Origin: Escherichia coli
GTDB taxonomy: Bacteria > Pseudomonadota > Gammaproteobacteria > Enterobacterales > Enterobacteriaceae
Assembly (NCBI RefSeq): GCF_051903065.1
Contig: NZ_CP178438.1
Strand: one strand, 5' to 3'
DNA length: 64,000 bases
A program made the position numbers and the translations under genes. Below the pieces are notes generated by a model. That model was not told where the DNA came from. It searched no databases and saw only the letters and a list, made by a program, of their open reading frames with translations. Below are positions 20,487-35,567 of this stretch, piece after piece. The first letter of the stretch is position 1; each line of letters begins with the position of its first letter.

Positions 20487-21128
20487 ATTGTCGGATGCGT
20501 CGCGTGGCGCATCCGACACCATGCGCAGATGCCTGATGCGACGCTGACGCGTCTTATCATGCCTACAGGCCTGAACCGTAGGTCGGATAAGGCGCTCGCG
20601 CCGCATTCGACACCATGCGCCGATGCCTGATGCGACGCAGGCGCGTCTTATCATACCTACAGGCCTGAACCGTAGGTCGGATAAGGCGCTCGCGCCGCAT
20701 TCGACACCATGCGCCGATGCCTGATGCGACGCAGGCGCGTCTTATCATGCCTACAGGCCTGAACCGTAGGTCGGATAAGGCGCTCGCGCCGCATCCGACA
20801 CCGTGTGCCGATGCCTGATGCGACGCTGGCGCGTCTTATCATGCCTACAGGCCTGAACCGTAGGTCGGATAAGGCGCTCGCGCCGCATCCGACACCGTGC
20901 TCAGTGCCTGATGCGACGCTGATGCGTCTTATCATGCCTACAGGCCTGAACCGTAGGTCGGATAAGGCGCTCGCGCCGCATTCGACACCATGCGCCGATG
21001 CCTGATGCGACGCAGGCGCGTCTTATCATGCCTACAGGCCTGAACCGTAGGTCGGATAAGGCGCTCGCGCCGCATCCGACACCATGCTCAGTTGCCTGAT
21101 ACGACGCTGGCGCGTCTTATCATGCCTA
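20487..21128. repeat. large REP/BIME tandem array (about 6 units, about 640 bp)
   Basis: Repeated palindromic units GATGCCTGATGCGACGC-GGCGCGTCTTATCATGCCTACAGGCCTGAACCGTAGGTCGGATAAGGCGCTCGCGCCGCAT-CGACACC; ORF-track hits inside are artefacts. Confidence 0.9.
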
Positions 21129-21281
21129 CCCACTGTTTTTACACCGATAATTTTTCCCCCACCTTTTTGCACTCATTCATATAAAAAATATATTTCCCCA
21201 CGAAAACGATTGCTTTTTATCTTCAGATGAATAGAATGCGGCGGATTTTTTGGGTTTCAAACAGCAAAAAGGGGGAATTTC

Positions 21282-22541
21282 GTGTCGCAAGATAACAACT
21301 TTAGCCAGGGGCCAGTCCCGCAGTCGGCGCGGAAAGGGGTATTGGCATTGACGTTCGTCATGCTGGGATTAACCTTCTTTTCCGCCAGTATGTGGACTGG
21401 CGGCACTCTCGGAACCGGTCTTAGCTATCATGATTTCTTCCTCGCAGTTCTCATCGGCAATCTTCTCCTCGGTATTTACACTTCATTTCTCGGTTACATT
21501 GGCGCAAAAACCGGCCTGACCACTCATCTTCTTGCTCGCTTCTCGTTTGGTGTTAAAGGCTCATGGCTGCCTTCACTGCTGCTGGGCGGCACCCAGGTTG
21601 GCTGGTTTGGCGTTGGCGTGGCGATGTTTGCCATTCCGGTGGGTAAGGCAACCGGGCTGGATATTAATTTGCTGATTGCCGTTTCCGGTTTACTGATGAC
21701 CGTCACCGTCTTCTTTGGCATTTCGGCGCTGACAGTTCTTTCGGTGATTGCGGTTCCGGCGATCGCCTGTCTTGGCGGTTATTCCGTGTGGCTGGCCGTT
21801 AACGGCATGGGCGGCCTGGACGCCTTAAAAGCGGTCGTTCCCGCACAACCATTAGATTTCAATGTCGCGCTGGCGCTGGTTGTGGGGTCATTTATCAGCG
21901 CGGGTACGCTCACCGCTGACTTTGTCCGCTTTGGTCGCAATGCCAAACTGGCGGTGCTGGTGGCGATGGTGGCCTTTTTCCTCGGCAACTCGTTGATGTT
22001 TATTTTCGGTGCAGCGGGAGCGGCGGCACTGGGGTTGGCGGATATCTCTGATGTGATGATTGCTCAGGGCCTGCTGCTGCCTGCGATTGTGGTGCTGGGA
22101 CTGAATATCTGGACCACCAACGATAACGCGCTCTATGCGTCGGGTTTAGGTTTCGCCAACATTACCGGTATGTCGAGCAAAACCCTTTCGGTAATCAACG
22201 GTATTATCGGTACGGTCTGCGCATTATGGCTGTATAACAATTTTGTCGGCTGGTTGACCTTCCTTTCGGCAGCTATTCCTCCGGTGGGTGGCGTGATCAT
22301 TGCCGACTATCTGATGAACCGTCGCCGCTATGAGCACTTTGCGACCACGCGTATGATGAGTGTCAATTGGGTGGCGATTCTGGCGGTCGCCTTGGGGATT
22401 GCTGCAGGCCACTGGTTACCGGGAATTGTTCCGGTCAACGCGGTATTAGGTGGCGCGCTGAGCTATCTGATCCTTAACCCGATTTTGAATCGTAAAACGA
22501 CAGCAGCAATGACGCATGTGGAGGCTAACAGTGTCGAATAA
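21282..22541 (+). CDS. codB: cytosine permease, 419 aa (GTG start)
   Basis: NCS1-family multi-TM transporter; GTG start preceded by AAAAAGGGGGA Shine-Dalgarno; overlaps codA. Confidence 0.9.
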   Translation: MSQDNNFSQGPVPQSARKGVLALTFVMLGLTFFSASMWTGGTLGTGLSYHDFFLAVLIGNLLLGIYTSFLGYIGAKTGLTTHLLARFSFGVKGSWLPSLLLGGTQVGWFGVGVAMFAIPVGKATGLDINLLIAVSGLLMTVTVFFGISALTVLSVIAVPAIACLGGYSVWLAVNGMGGLDALKAVVPAQPLDFNVALALVVGSFISAGTLTADFVRFGRNAKLAVLVAMVAFFLGNSLMFIFGAAGAAALGLADISDVMIAQGLLLPAIVVLGLNIWTTNDNALYASGLGFANITGMSSKTLSVINGIIGTVCALWLYNNFVGWLTFLSAAIPPVGGVIIADYLMNRRRYEHFATTRMMSVNWVAILAVALGIAAGHWLPGIVPVNAVLGGALSYLILNPILNRKTTAAMTHVEANSVE

Positions 22542-23814
22542 CGCTTTACAAACAATTATTAACGCCCGGTTACCCGGCAAAGAGGGGCTGTGGCAGATTC
22601 ATCTGCAGGACGGAAAAATCAGCGCCATTGATGCGCAATCCGGCGTGATGCCCATAACTGAAAACAGCCTGGATGCCGAACAAGGTTTAGTTATACCGCC
22701 GTTTGTGGAGCCACATATTCACCTGGACACCACGCAAACCGCCGGACAACCGAACTGGAATCAGTCCGGCACGCTGTTTGAAGGCATTGAACGCTGGGCC
22801 GAGCGCAAAGCGTTATTAACCCATGACGATGTGAAACAACGCGCATGGCAAACGCTGAAATGGCAGATTGCCAACGGCATTCAGCATGTGCGTACCCATG
22901 TCGATGTTTCGGATGCAACGCTAACTGCGCTGAAAGCAATGCTGGAAGTGAAGCAGGAAGTCGCGCCGTGGATTGATCTGCAAATCGTCGCCTTCCCGCA
23001 GGAAGGGATTTTGTCGTATCCCAACGGTGAAGCGTTGCTGGAAGAGGCGTTACGCTTAGGGGCAGATGTAGTGGGGGCGATTCCGCATTTTGAATTTACC
23101 CGTGAATACGGCGTGGAGTCGCTGCATAAAACCTTCGCCCTGGCGCAAAAATACGACCGTCTCATCGACGTTCACTGTGATGAGATCGATGACGAGCAGT
23201 CGCGCTTTGTCGAAACCGTTGCTGCCCTGGCGCACCGTGAAGGCATGGGCGCGCGAGTCACCGCCAGCCACACCACGGCAATGCACTCCTATAACGGGGC
23301 GTATACCTCACGCCTGTTCCGCTTGCTGAAAATGTCCGGTATTAACTTTGTCGCCAACCCGCTGGTCAATATTCATCTGCAAGGACGTTTCGATACGTAT
23401 CCAAAACGTCGCGGCATCACGCGCGTTAAAGAGATGCTGGAGTCCGGCATTAACGTCTGCTTTGGTCACGATGATGTCTTCGATCCGTGGTATCCGCTGG
23501 GAACGGCGAATATGCTGCAAGTGCTGCATATGGGGCTGCATGTTTGCCAGCTGATGGGCTATGGGCAGATTAACGATGGCCTGAATTTAATCACCCACCA
23601 CAGCGCCAGGACGTTGAATTTGCAGGATTACGGCATTGCCGCCGGAAACAGCGCCAACCTGATTATCCTGCCGGCTGAAAATGGGTTTGATGCGCTGCGC
23701 CGTCAGGTTCCGGTACGTTATTCGGTACGTGGCGGCAAGGTGATTGCCAGCACACAACCGGCACAAACCACCGTATATCTGGAGCAGCCAGAAGCCATCG
23801 ATTACAAACGGTGA
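22531..23814 (+). CDS. codA: cytosine deaminase, about 427 aa (GTG start at VSNNALQ; ORF open from 22516)
   Basis: Amidohydrolase fold with HxH metal motif (EPHIHLD); overlaps codB 3-prime end. Confidence 0.9.
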   Translation: MSNNALQTIINARLPGKEGLWQIHLQDGKISAIDAQSGVMPITENSLDAEQGLVIPPFVEPHIHLDTTQTAGQPNWNQSGTLFEGIERWAERKALLTHDDVKQRAWQTLKWQIANGIQHVRTHVDVSDATLTALKAMLEVKQEVAPWIDLQIVAFPQEGILSYPNGEALLEEALRLGADVVGAIPHFEFTREYGVESLHKTFALAQKYDRLIDVHCDEIDDEQSRFVETVAALAHREGMGARVTASHTTAMHSYNGAYTSRLFRLLKMSGINFVANPLVNIHLQGRFDTYPKRRGITRVKEMLESGINVCFGHDDVFDPWYPLGTANMLQVLHMGLHVCQLMGYGQINDGLNLITHHSARTLNLQDYGIAAGNSANLIILPAENGFDALRRQVPVRYSVRGGKVIASTQPAQTTVYLEQPEAIDYKR

Positions 23815-23852
23815 TCGGCTGGGCTGTGTGTTGACAAAGCGAGCGTAGTTTA

Positions 23853-23932
23853 TGCCGGATGCGGCGTGAACGCCTTATCCGGCCTACGTAGAGCACTGAA
23901 CTCGTAGGCCTGATAAGCGTAGCGCATCAGGC
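23853..23932. repeat. REP pair (BIME)
   Basis: GCCGGATGCGGCGTGAACGCCTTATCCGGCCTACG ... CGTAGGCCTGATAAGCGTAGCGCATCAGGCA between convergent codA and cynR. Confidence 0.85.
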
Positions 23933-23946
23933 AATTGTGTCAGTGG

Positions 23947-24846
23947 CTACCGTGATTCATTCTCGCCAACATCCGCACATTCCTCCAACGCCGTGTGCAA
24001 AAATGCCTTCGCGGCGGCTGTCTGCCAGCTATTTTTCCGCCGCAACAAAACCGCCGTTCTCTCCAGTAGTGGCGGGGCAAGAGAAATAGCTTTAAGCCCG
24101 TCATGTTGTGTGGCAATCGCTGCTGGTAACAATGTGGAAAGGGAAGTGCGGCGAATCAGCTCCAGAACCGCGCTAATTGAGTTCGCCTCAATGACCACCT
24201 GTGGATGCAGCCCCGCTTTCTCGCAGTAGTGGTCAATTTGCTCTCTGGTGGCAAATTCCGCGCTGAGCAGTACCAGTTTTTCATCATGCAAGCGACTCAA
24301 CGCCACCTGTTCACAGGCAGCCAGCGGATGATGTTGCGCCACGACTAACGCTAAACTTTCTGTCAGTAAAGGAATTGCCTCCAGCTCCGGCGAATGCACA
24401 GCCGCGAAGGCAATCCCAACGTCCAACTCGTCGCGGCAAAGCATATCTTCGATTTTCTCCTGCGACATTTCCTGTAGCTGGAGCGTGATGCCGGGGTAGC
24501 GCGCATAGAAATCCGCCATTAAGGGGCCGATAAAGTAGCTCGTAAAGGTGGGGGTGACGGCGATACGCAGCGATCCTCGCGTCAGATCGGCAACATCATG
24601 AATCGCCCGTTTACCCGCCCCCAGTTCCTGTAACGCCCGGCTGGCGTACTGTCGCCAGACTTCTCCTGCATCAGTGAGACGAATCGTTCGCCCGCTACGG
24701 TCAAACAGCGGCACGCCTAAACTCTCCTCTAACTGGCGAATCTGCTGGGAAAGCGCAGGCTGAGAGACGTGCAACGCACTGGCGGCACGGGTGAAGCTGC
24801 CATGTTCAGCCACGGCAAGAAAATAATTGATATGTCGAGAGAGCAT
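23947..24846 (-). CDS. cynR: LysR-type regulator of the cyn operon, about 299 aa (start at MLSRHINYF)
   Basis: LysR N-terminal HTH ([32 protein letters not shown]); divergent from cynT. Confidence 0.9.
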   Translation of the reverse strand: MLSRHINYFLAVAEHGSFTRAASALHVSQPALSQQIRQLEESLGVPLFDRSGRTIRLTDAGEVWRQYASRALQELGAGKRAIHDVADLTRGSLRIAVTPTFTSYFIGPLMADFYARYPGITLQLQEMSQEKIEDMLCRDELDVGIAFAAVHSPELEAIPLLTESLALVVAQHHPLAACEQVALSRLHDEKLVLLSAEFATREQIDHYCEKAGLHPQVVIEANSISAVLELIRRTSLSTLLPAAIATQHDGLKAISLAPPLLERTAVLLRRKNSWQTAAAKAFLHTALEECADVGENESR

Positions 24847-24955
24847 TCGCCAACCTATAAGTAAATCCAATAGAACTCATCATAAATGAGACTTTTACCT
24901 TATGACAATCGGCGAGTAGTCTGCCTCTCATTCCAGAGACAGACAGAGGTTAACG

Positions 24956-25615
24956 GTGAAAGAGATTATTGATGGATTCCTTAAATTCCAGCGCGAGGCA
25001 TTTCCGAAGCGGGAAGCCTTGTTTAAACAGCTGGCGACACAGCAAAGCCCGCGCACCCTTTTTATCTCCTGCTCCGACAGCCGTCTGGTCCCTGAGCTGG
25101 TGACGCAACGTGAGCCTGGCGATCTGTTCGTTATTCGCAACGCGGGCAATATCGTCCCTTCCTACGGGCCGGAACCCGGTGGCGTTTCTGCTTCGGTGGA
25201 GTATGCCGTCGCTGCGCTTCGGGTATCTGACATTGTGATTTGCGGTCATTCCAACTGTGGCGCGATGACCGCCATTGCCAGCTGTCAGTGCATGGACCAT
25301 ATGCCTGCCGTCTCCCACTGGCTGCGTTATGCCGATTCAGCCCGCGTCGTTAATGAGGCGCGCCCGCATTCCGATTTACCGTCAAAAGCTGCGGCGATGG
25401 TACGTGAAAACGTCATTGCTCAGTTGGCTAATTTGCAAACTCATCCATCGGTGCGCCTGGCGCTCGAAGAGGGGCGGATCGCCCTGCACGGCTGGGTCTA
25501 CGACATTGAAAGCGGCAGCATCGCAGCTTTTGACGGCGCAACCCGCCAGTTTGTGCCACTGGCCGCTAATCCTCGCGTTTGTGCCATACCGCTACGCCAA
25601 CCGACCGCAGCGTAA
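24956..25615 (+). CDS. cynT: beta-class carbonic anhydrase, 219 aa
   Basis: Beta-CA motifs (CSDSR, HSNCGA). Confidence 0.9.
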
Positions 25616-25627
25616 CCTTATTTTTAA

Positions 25628-26116
<489 letters not shown>

Positions 26117-26148
26117 CAGCCATGCGCAACCATCAAAAGACGTTCACG

Positions 26149-27303
26149 ATGCTGCTGGTTCTGGTGCTGATTGGTCTTAATATGCGACCACTGCTCACCT
26201 CCGTCGGGCCACTGCTACCGCAATTGCGCCAGGCAAGCGGAATGAGCTTTAGCGTGGCTGCCCTGTTGACCGCTCTGCCGGTGGTCACCATGGGCGGGCT
26301 GGCGCTGGCCGGAAGCTGGCTTCATCAGCATGTCAGCGAACGTCGCAGCGTCGCCATCAGTTTGTTACTGATTGCCGTCGGTGCATTGATGCGTGAGCTT
26401 TACCCCCAAAGTGCGCTGCTGCTTAGCAGCGCACTGCTTGGTGGGGTGGGGATCGGCATCATTCAGGCGGTGATGCCTTCGGTGATTAAACGGCGGTTTC
26501 AGCAGCGCACGCCACTGGTGATGGGGCTGTGGTCCGCGGCTCTGATGGGCGGCGGTGGACTTGGTGCCGCCCTGACGCCCTGGTTAGTTCAACATAGCGA
26601 AACCTGGTATCAAACACTCGCCTGGTGGGCGCTGCCTGCCGTTGTTGCGCTCTTTGCCTGGTGGTGGCAAAGCACCCGCGAGGTCGCCTCTTCCCACAAG
26701 ACAACAACCACTCCGGTTCGCGTGGTTTTCACTCCTCGCGCGTGGACGCTGGGTGTTTACTTCGGTCTGATTAACGGTGGTTACGCCAGCCTGATTGCCT
26801 GGTTACCCGCTTTCTATATTGAGATTGGTGCCAGCGCGCAGTACAGCGGTTCCTTGCTGGCATTGATGACGCTTGGGCAAGCCGCAGGAGCTTTGCTAAT
26901 GCCTGCTATGGCTCGCCATCAGGATCGGCGCAAACTTTTGCTGTTGGCACTGGCGTTACAACTGGTGGGTTTCTGCGGCTTTATCTGGCTGCCGCTGCAA
27001 TTGCCGGTATTGTGGGCGATGGTGTGTGGGTTAGGTCTGGGCGGCGCGTTTCCGCTCTGTTTGCTGCTGGCGCTCGATCACTCTGCGCAACCGGCTATTG
27101 CTGGCAAGCTGGTGGCGTTTATGCAGGGGATCGGTTTTATCATCGCCGGGCTTGCCCCGTGGTTTTCTGGTGTGCTGCGTAGTATCAGCGGCAATTACCT
27201 GATGGACTGGGCATTTCATGCGCTGTGCGTCGTTGGGCTGATGATCATAACCCTGCGTTTTGCACCAGCACGTTTTCCGCAGCTGTGGGTCAAAGAGGCA
27301 TGA
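26149..27303 (+). CDS. cynX: MFS cyanate transporter, about 384 aa (ORF open from 26122)
   Basis: 12-TM MFS-like hydrophobic protein, last gene of cynTSX. Confidence 0.85.
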   Translation: MLLVLVLIGLNMRPLLTSVGPLLPQLRQASGMSFSVAALLTALPVVTMGGLALAGSWLHQHVSERRSVAISLLLIAVGALMRELYPQSALLLSSALLGGVGIGIIQAVMPSVIKRRFQQRTPLVMGLWSAALMGGGGLGAALTPWLVQHSETWYQTLAWWALPAVVALFAWWWQSTREVASSHKTTTTPVRVVFTPRAWTLGVYFGLINGGYASLIAWLPAFYIEIGASAQYSGSLLALMTLGQAAGALLMPAMARHQDRRKLLLLALALQLVGFCGFIWLPLQLPVLWAMVCGLGLGGAFPLCLLLALDHSAQPAIAGKLVAFMQGIGFIIAGLAPWFSGVLRSISGNYLMDWAFHALCVVGLMIITLRFAPARFPQLWVKEA

Positions 27304-27331
27304 TGCGACGCTTGTTCCTGCGCTTTGTTCA

Positions 27332-27395
27332 TGCCGGATGCGGCTAACGTAGAACACTGAATTTGTAGGCCTGATAAGCGAAGCGCATCAGGCAA
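27332..27395. repeat. REP element
   Basis: GCCGGATGCGGC ... GTAGGCCTGATAAGCGAAGCGCATCAGGCA between cynX and lacA. Confidence 0.8.
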
Positions 27396-27405
27396 TTTTG
27401 CTAAT

Positions 27406-28017
27406 TTAAACTGACGATTCAACTTTGTAATCTCTGAAATAATATTGCTTATCCCGGTCGTTTATTTCGCGAATAACCCGGCAAGGAACGCCAGCAGCCA
27501 CGACGTTTGGTGGAATGTCTTTTATGACGACACTACCCGCGCCAATAACAGAATTATCCCCGATGGTGACGCCTGGATTAATGACCACATGACTTCCGAT
27601 CCAGACGTTATTGCCAATCGTTATCGGAAAAGAGTACATCTCGCCGTTTTTTCTCAATTCATGGTGTACAGGGTGTCCCGTAACGGAAAGAGTAACGTTG
27701 GGTGCAATCAGTACGTTATCACCGATCGTTACCGTGTAGTCATCGACAATGGTTAAATTGAAATTTGCATAAAAATTGCGGCCTATATGGATGTTGGAAC
27801 CGTAAGAGAAATAGACGGGGGGCTCTACCCAGGCGTTTTCCCCTACCGTGGCAAACATTTCTTTAATCAGGCTTTCTCTTTTTTCAACGTCGGATGGATG
27901 CGAGTGATTAAACTCATACATTAATGTTTTCCCACGAAGTCTTTTTTCAGGTAAGCCTTCGCACATATCGGTAAATAGCTTGCCTGCTTTTATTCTTTCT
28001 GTCATCGACATGTTCAT
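27406..28017 (-). CDS. lacA: galactoside O-acetyltransferase, 203 aa (start at MNMSMTERI; ORF track extends into the REP)
   Basis: Hexapeptide-repeat acetyltransferase; N-terminus matches the remembered LacA with a few substitutions. Confidence 0.95.
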   Translation of the reverse strand: MNMSMTERIKAGKLFTDMCEGLPEKRLRGKTLMYEFNHSHPSDVEKRESLIKEMFATVGENAWVEPPVYFSYGSNIHIGRNFYANFNLTIVDDYTVTIGDNVLIAPNVTLSVTGHPVHHELRKNGEMYSFPITIGNNVWIGSHVVINPGVTIGDNSVIGAGSVVIKDIPPNVVAAGVPCRVIREINDRDKQYYFRDYKVESSV

Positions 28018-28041
28018 TTCGCTCATTCCGTCCTGATATGT

Positions 28042-28075
28042 TGGTCGGATAAGGCGCTCGCGCCGCATCCGACAT
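28042..28075. repeat. REP element in lacY-lacA intergenic region
   Basis: GGTCGGATAAGGCGCTCGCGCCGCATCCGAC palindromic unit. Confidence 0.8.
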
Positions 28076-28082
28076 TGATTGC

Positions 28083-29381
<1,299 letters not shown>

Positions 29382-29387
29382 TTATTA

Positions 29388-32584
<3,197 letters not shown>

Positions 32585-33667
32585 TCACTGCCCGCTTTCC
32601 AGTCGGGAAACTTGTCGTGCCAGCTGCATTAATGAATCGGCCAACGCGCGGGGAGAGGCGGTTTGCGTCTTGGGCGCCAGGGTGGTTTTTCTTTTCACCA
32701 GAGAGACGGGCAAAAGCTGATTGCCCTTCACCGCCTGGCCCTGAGAGAGTTGCAGCAAGCGGTCCACGCTGGTTTGCCCCAGCAGGCGAAAATCCTGTTT
32801 GATGGTGGTTAACGGCGGGATATAACACGAGCTGTCTTCGGTATCGTCGTATCCCACTACCGAGATATCCGCACCAACGCGCAACCCGGACTCGGTAATG
32901 GCGCGCATTGCGCCCAGCGCCATCTGATCGTTGGCAACCAGCATCGCAGTGGGAACGATGCCCTCATTTAGCATTTGCATGGTTTGTTGAAAACCGGACA
33001 TGGCACTCCAGTCGCCCTCCCGTTCCGCTATCGGCTGAATTTGATTGCGAGTGAGATATTTATGCCAGCCCGCCAGACGCAGACGCGCCGAGACAGAACT
33101 TAATGGGCCCGCTAACAGCGCGATTTGCTGGTGACCCAATGCGACCAGATGCTCCACGCCCAGTCGCGTACCGTCTTCATGGGAGAAAATAATACTGTTG
33201 ATGGGAGTCTGGTCAGAGACATCAAGAAATAACGCCGGAACATTAGCGCAGGCAGCTTCCACAGTAATGGCATCCTGGTCATCCAGCGGATAGTTAATGA
33301 TCAGCCCACTGACGCGTTGCGCGAGAAGATTGTGCACCGCCGCTTTACAGGCTTCGACGCCGCTTCGTTCTACCATCGACACCACCACGCTGGCACCCAG
33401 TTGATCGGCGCGAGATTTAATCGCCGCGACAATTTGCGACGGCGCGTGCAGGGCCAGACTGGAGGTGGCAACGCCAATCAGCAACGACTGTTTGCCCGCC
33501 AGTTGTTGTGCCACGCGGTTGGGTATGTAATTCAGCTCCGCCATCGCCGCTTCCACTTTTTCCCGCGTTTTCGCAGAAACGTGGCTGGCCTGATTCACCA
33601 CGCGGGAAACGGTCTGATAAGAGACACCGGCATACTCTGCGACATCGTATAGCGTTACTGGTTTCAC
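32585..33667 (-). CDS. lacI: lactose repressor, 360 aa (GTG start)
   Basis: VKPVTLYDVAEYAGVSYQTVSRVVNQ HTH N-terminus; ends ...SRLESGQ. Confidence 0.97.
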   Translation of the reverse strand: MKPVTLYDVAEYAGVSYQTVSRVVNQASHVSAKTREKVEAAMAELNYIPNRVAQQLAGKQSLLIGVATSSLALHAPSQIVAAIKSRADQLGASVVVSMVERSGVEACKAAVHNLLAQRVSGLIINYPLDDQDAITVEAACANVPALFLDVSDQTPINSIIFSHEDGTRLGVEHLVALGHQQIALLAGPLSSVSARLRLAGWHKYLTRNQIQPIAEREGDWSAMSGFQQTMQMLNEGIVPTAMLVANDQMALGAMRAITESGLRVGADISVVGYDDTEDSSCYIPPLTTIKQDFRLLGQTSVDRLLQLSQGQAVKGNQLLPVSLVKRKTTLAPKTQTASPRALADSLMQLARQVSRLESGQ

Positions 33668-33702
33668 ATTCACCACCCTGAATTGACTCTCTTCCGGGCG
33701 CT

Positions 33703-33731
33703 ATCATGCCATACCGCGAAAGGTTTTGCGC
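33703..33731 (-). promoter_or_regulatory. lacI promoter (-35 GCGCAA, -10 CATGAT)
   Basis: Reverse complement reads GAATGGCGCAAAACCTTTCGCGGTATGGCATGATAGCGCCCGGAAGAGAGTCAATTCAGGGTGGTGAATGTG, the classical lacI promoter/leader; the -10 hexamer overlaps the stop codon of the upstream gene. Confidence 0.85.
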
Positions 33732-34657
33732 CATTCGGCGGGGCTGACGCCGAAGTGAGATTTAAAATGCTGACGCCAGGTCACAGGTGAGAGAAAACCC
33801 ACCTCAGCCGCTATCCGCTCAACGGGCAACTGACTGGATCCCAACAGTTCCTGGCTACGGCGTAAGCGTTCAGTAATGAGCCATTCGGCGATACTCGAAC
33901 CGGTCGCTTTCATAAAATGGCGAGTTAATGTGCGGCGACTCATCATTACTCGCTGCGCCAGCGAGTCGAGATCATGCTGTTGCGCAATGTTTTGCCGCAG
34001 GTAATCCAGCAGGAGGTTTATGCGTTCATCATGGGTATTTTTCGGCACCGGTTGCTCAATAAACTGCGCCTGACCGCCGGTGCGATATGGCGGTACGACC
34101 ATCCGTCGGGCAATATGGTTAGCATAGTCGCTGCCAAAATGTTGCCGAACAATATACAAACAGCAATCCAGCGCCGCGGCAGTACCGGCAGAGGTAATAA
34201 TGCCGTCATCGTCTACGTACAACGCGTTAATATCCAGATGTGTTTGTGAAAAACGTGCCTGAAATTCACGCTCGAACTCCCAGTGCGTGGCGGCACGCTT
34301 ATTTTTCAGTAAACCTGCATAGCCGAGCACAAACGTGCCCAGGCAAAGCCCGACAATCTGTGCGCCGTTATCCCGTGCGGTCGTTAAGGCTTCCAGCAGT
34401 TTTTGTGGCGGTTTTTGTGTAATTGTTCCCCAGTAAGGAATTATCACAATATCCGCCTGGATGACTGCGGTATAGTCATGGGTGGCGGTTACGGAAAACC
34501 CATCGGCAGAGTCCACGTTTCCCGGCTTTTCAGCGCAGATAATTACGTGAAAGTGTTTTTTCTCCGCCATTTTTTCGCTAAATACGATAAACGGTACGGA
34601 AAGGTGAAAAGGACTAAAACCGGCAACGGCGATAATGGCAACAGTTAGCGGGCGCAT
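33704..34657 (-). CDS. GlxA-family transcriptional regulator (DJ-1/PfpI-like domain plus AraC-type HTH), 317 aa
   Basis: N-terminal class-I glutamine-amidotransferase-like domain with conserved Cys context (IVGLCLGTFVL) and C-terminal AraC HTH (SLAQRVMMSRRTLTRHF ... VGFLSPVTWRQHFKSHFGVSPAEWRK). Confidence 0.8.
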   Translation of the reverse strand: MRPLTVAIIAVAGFSPFHLSVPFIVFSEKMAEKKHFHVIICAEKPGNVDSADGFSVTATHDYTAVIQADIVIIPYWGTITQKPPQKLLEALTTARDNGAQIVGLCLGTFVLGYAGLLKNKRAATHWEFEREFQARFSQTHLDINALYVDDDGIITSAGTAAALDCCLYIVRQHFGSDYANHIARRMVVPPYRTGGQAQFIEQPVPKNTHDERINLLLDYLRQNIAQQHDLDSLAQRVMMSRRTLTRHFMKATGSSIAEWLITERLRRSQELLGSSQLPVERIAAEVGFLSPVTWRQHFKSHFGVSPAEWRKTFRGMA

Positions 34658-34676
34658 AACACTCTTTATCTCCGAA

Positions 34677-35465
34677 TTAGAATGTCAACGTTTCACCATC
34701 TTCTGGTACGTTCACAAATTCGATAATTTGATTATCTCTGGCGTATTCCTTGAGCGCATCACGCGTCAGCAAACAGTGGTTTACGGCCTCCATATGTGTC
34801 GCGACAATTTGCGCTTCTGGCAGGGTAAAATGTGTTTTGAGAATATCTTCTGCTCCCATAATTATCGCGCCATGCCCCAGAACATGCGCAAATCCGGCAT
34901 TCAACACAACCACTTCTGGTTGGAAAGTTAGCATTGTAACCTCGACGTCGTCACGCCAGAGGGTATCGCCAGCGAGATAGAGCGTTTTCTCTGTCGGGTG
35001 CTGGAAAACAACGCCGCAGGCTGCGCCTAAACGCTTCGCCATAGCCGGGTCGGCATAGGTGCGATCGGAGCCGTGCTGCCCTGTCGTTTTATGCAGAGTA
35101 ATATCGCCAAATTTAGTCTCGTCGGTAAGTACGGTAAGATGCGTAAATCCTTGTTTATTCAGTGATTCAGCATCTTGCTCATTTTGCACATAAATCGGTT
35201 TATCTTTAGGGACGACGCGGGAGGCTGTTTCGTCCCAGTGATCTTCATGCAAATGGGTCACGATTAGGGCGTCAACGTTGAGTAACGTTGTTAAATCGCA
35301 CGGTAATTCTACCGTTGGATTGCGGATTTCTGCGCGTGCCGTTCCGGCAAAACCCGGATAACTTCCTTTAGGCGCAAGTAACGGGTCGATAAGAAATGTT
35401 TTGCCAGCGTATTGGATAATTTGGGTGGCATTACGAATTTGCGTAATTTTCATGATTTGCTCCAC
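34677..35465 (-). CDS. metallo-beta-lactamase-fold hydrolase, about 258-262 aa
   Basis: MBL zinc motif THLHEDH and downstream His/Asp ligand residues; tightly linked (19-bp gap) to the GlxA-like regulator. Confidence 0.8.
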   Translation of the reverse strand: MEQIMKITQIRNATQIIQYAGKTFLIDPLLAPKGSYPGFAGTARAEIRNPTVELPCDLTTLLNVDALIVTHLHEDHWDETASRVVPKDKPIYVQNEQDAESLNKQGFTHLTVLTDETKFGDITLHKTTGQHGSDRTYADPAMAKRLGAACGVVFQHPTEKTLYLAGDTLWRDDVEVTMLTFQPEVVVLNAGFAHVLGHGAIIMGAEDILKTHFTLPEAQIVATHMEAVNHCLLTRDALKEYARDNQIIEFVNVPEDGETLTF

Positions 35466-35567
35466 ATCACAGTATTGATGTCATTAGCGTAGCGTGCAGC
35501 CCGTACTGTGCATGTGGGCAAATGGGCGAATAACGATGAGAATGGGCCAAATTACACATTGGCGTAA

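Noticed and set aside
19590-20654. 354-aa minus-strand ORF antisense to prpE, extending into the REP array
   Set aside because: Antisense shadow of prpE; its N-terminal part is read from REP repeats (MIRRACVASGIGAWCRMRRERLIRPT recurs in several REP-derived ORFs).
20487-21128. Possible CRISPR array (regularly spaced repeats)
   Set aside because: Units are palindromic REP sequences with near-identical inter-repeat sequence rather than unique spacers, and no cas genes are nearby; same conclusion for the arrays at 4582..5035 and 15572..15868.
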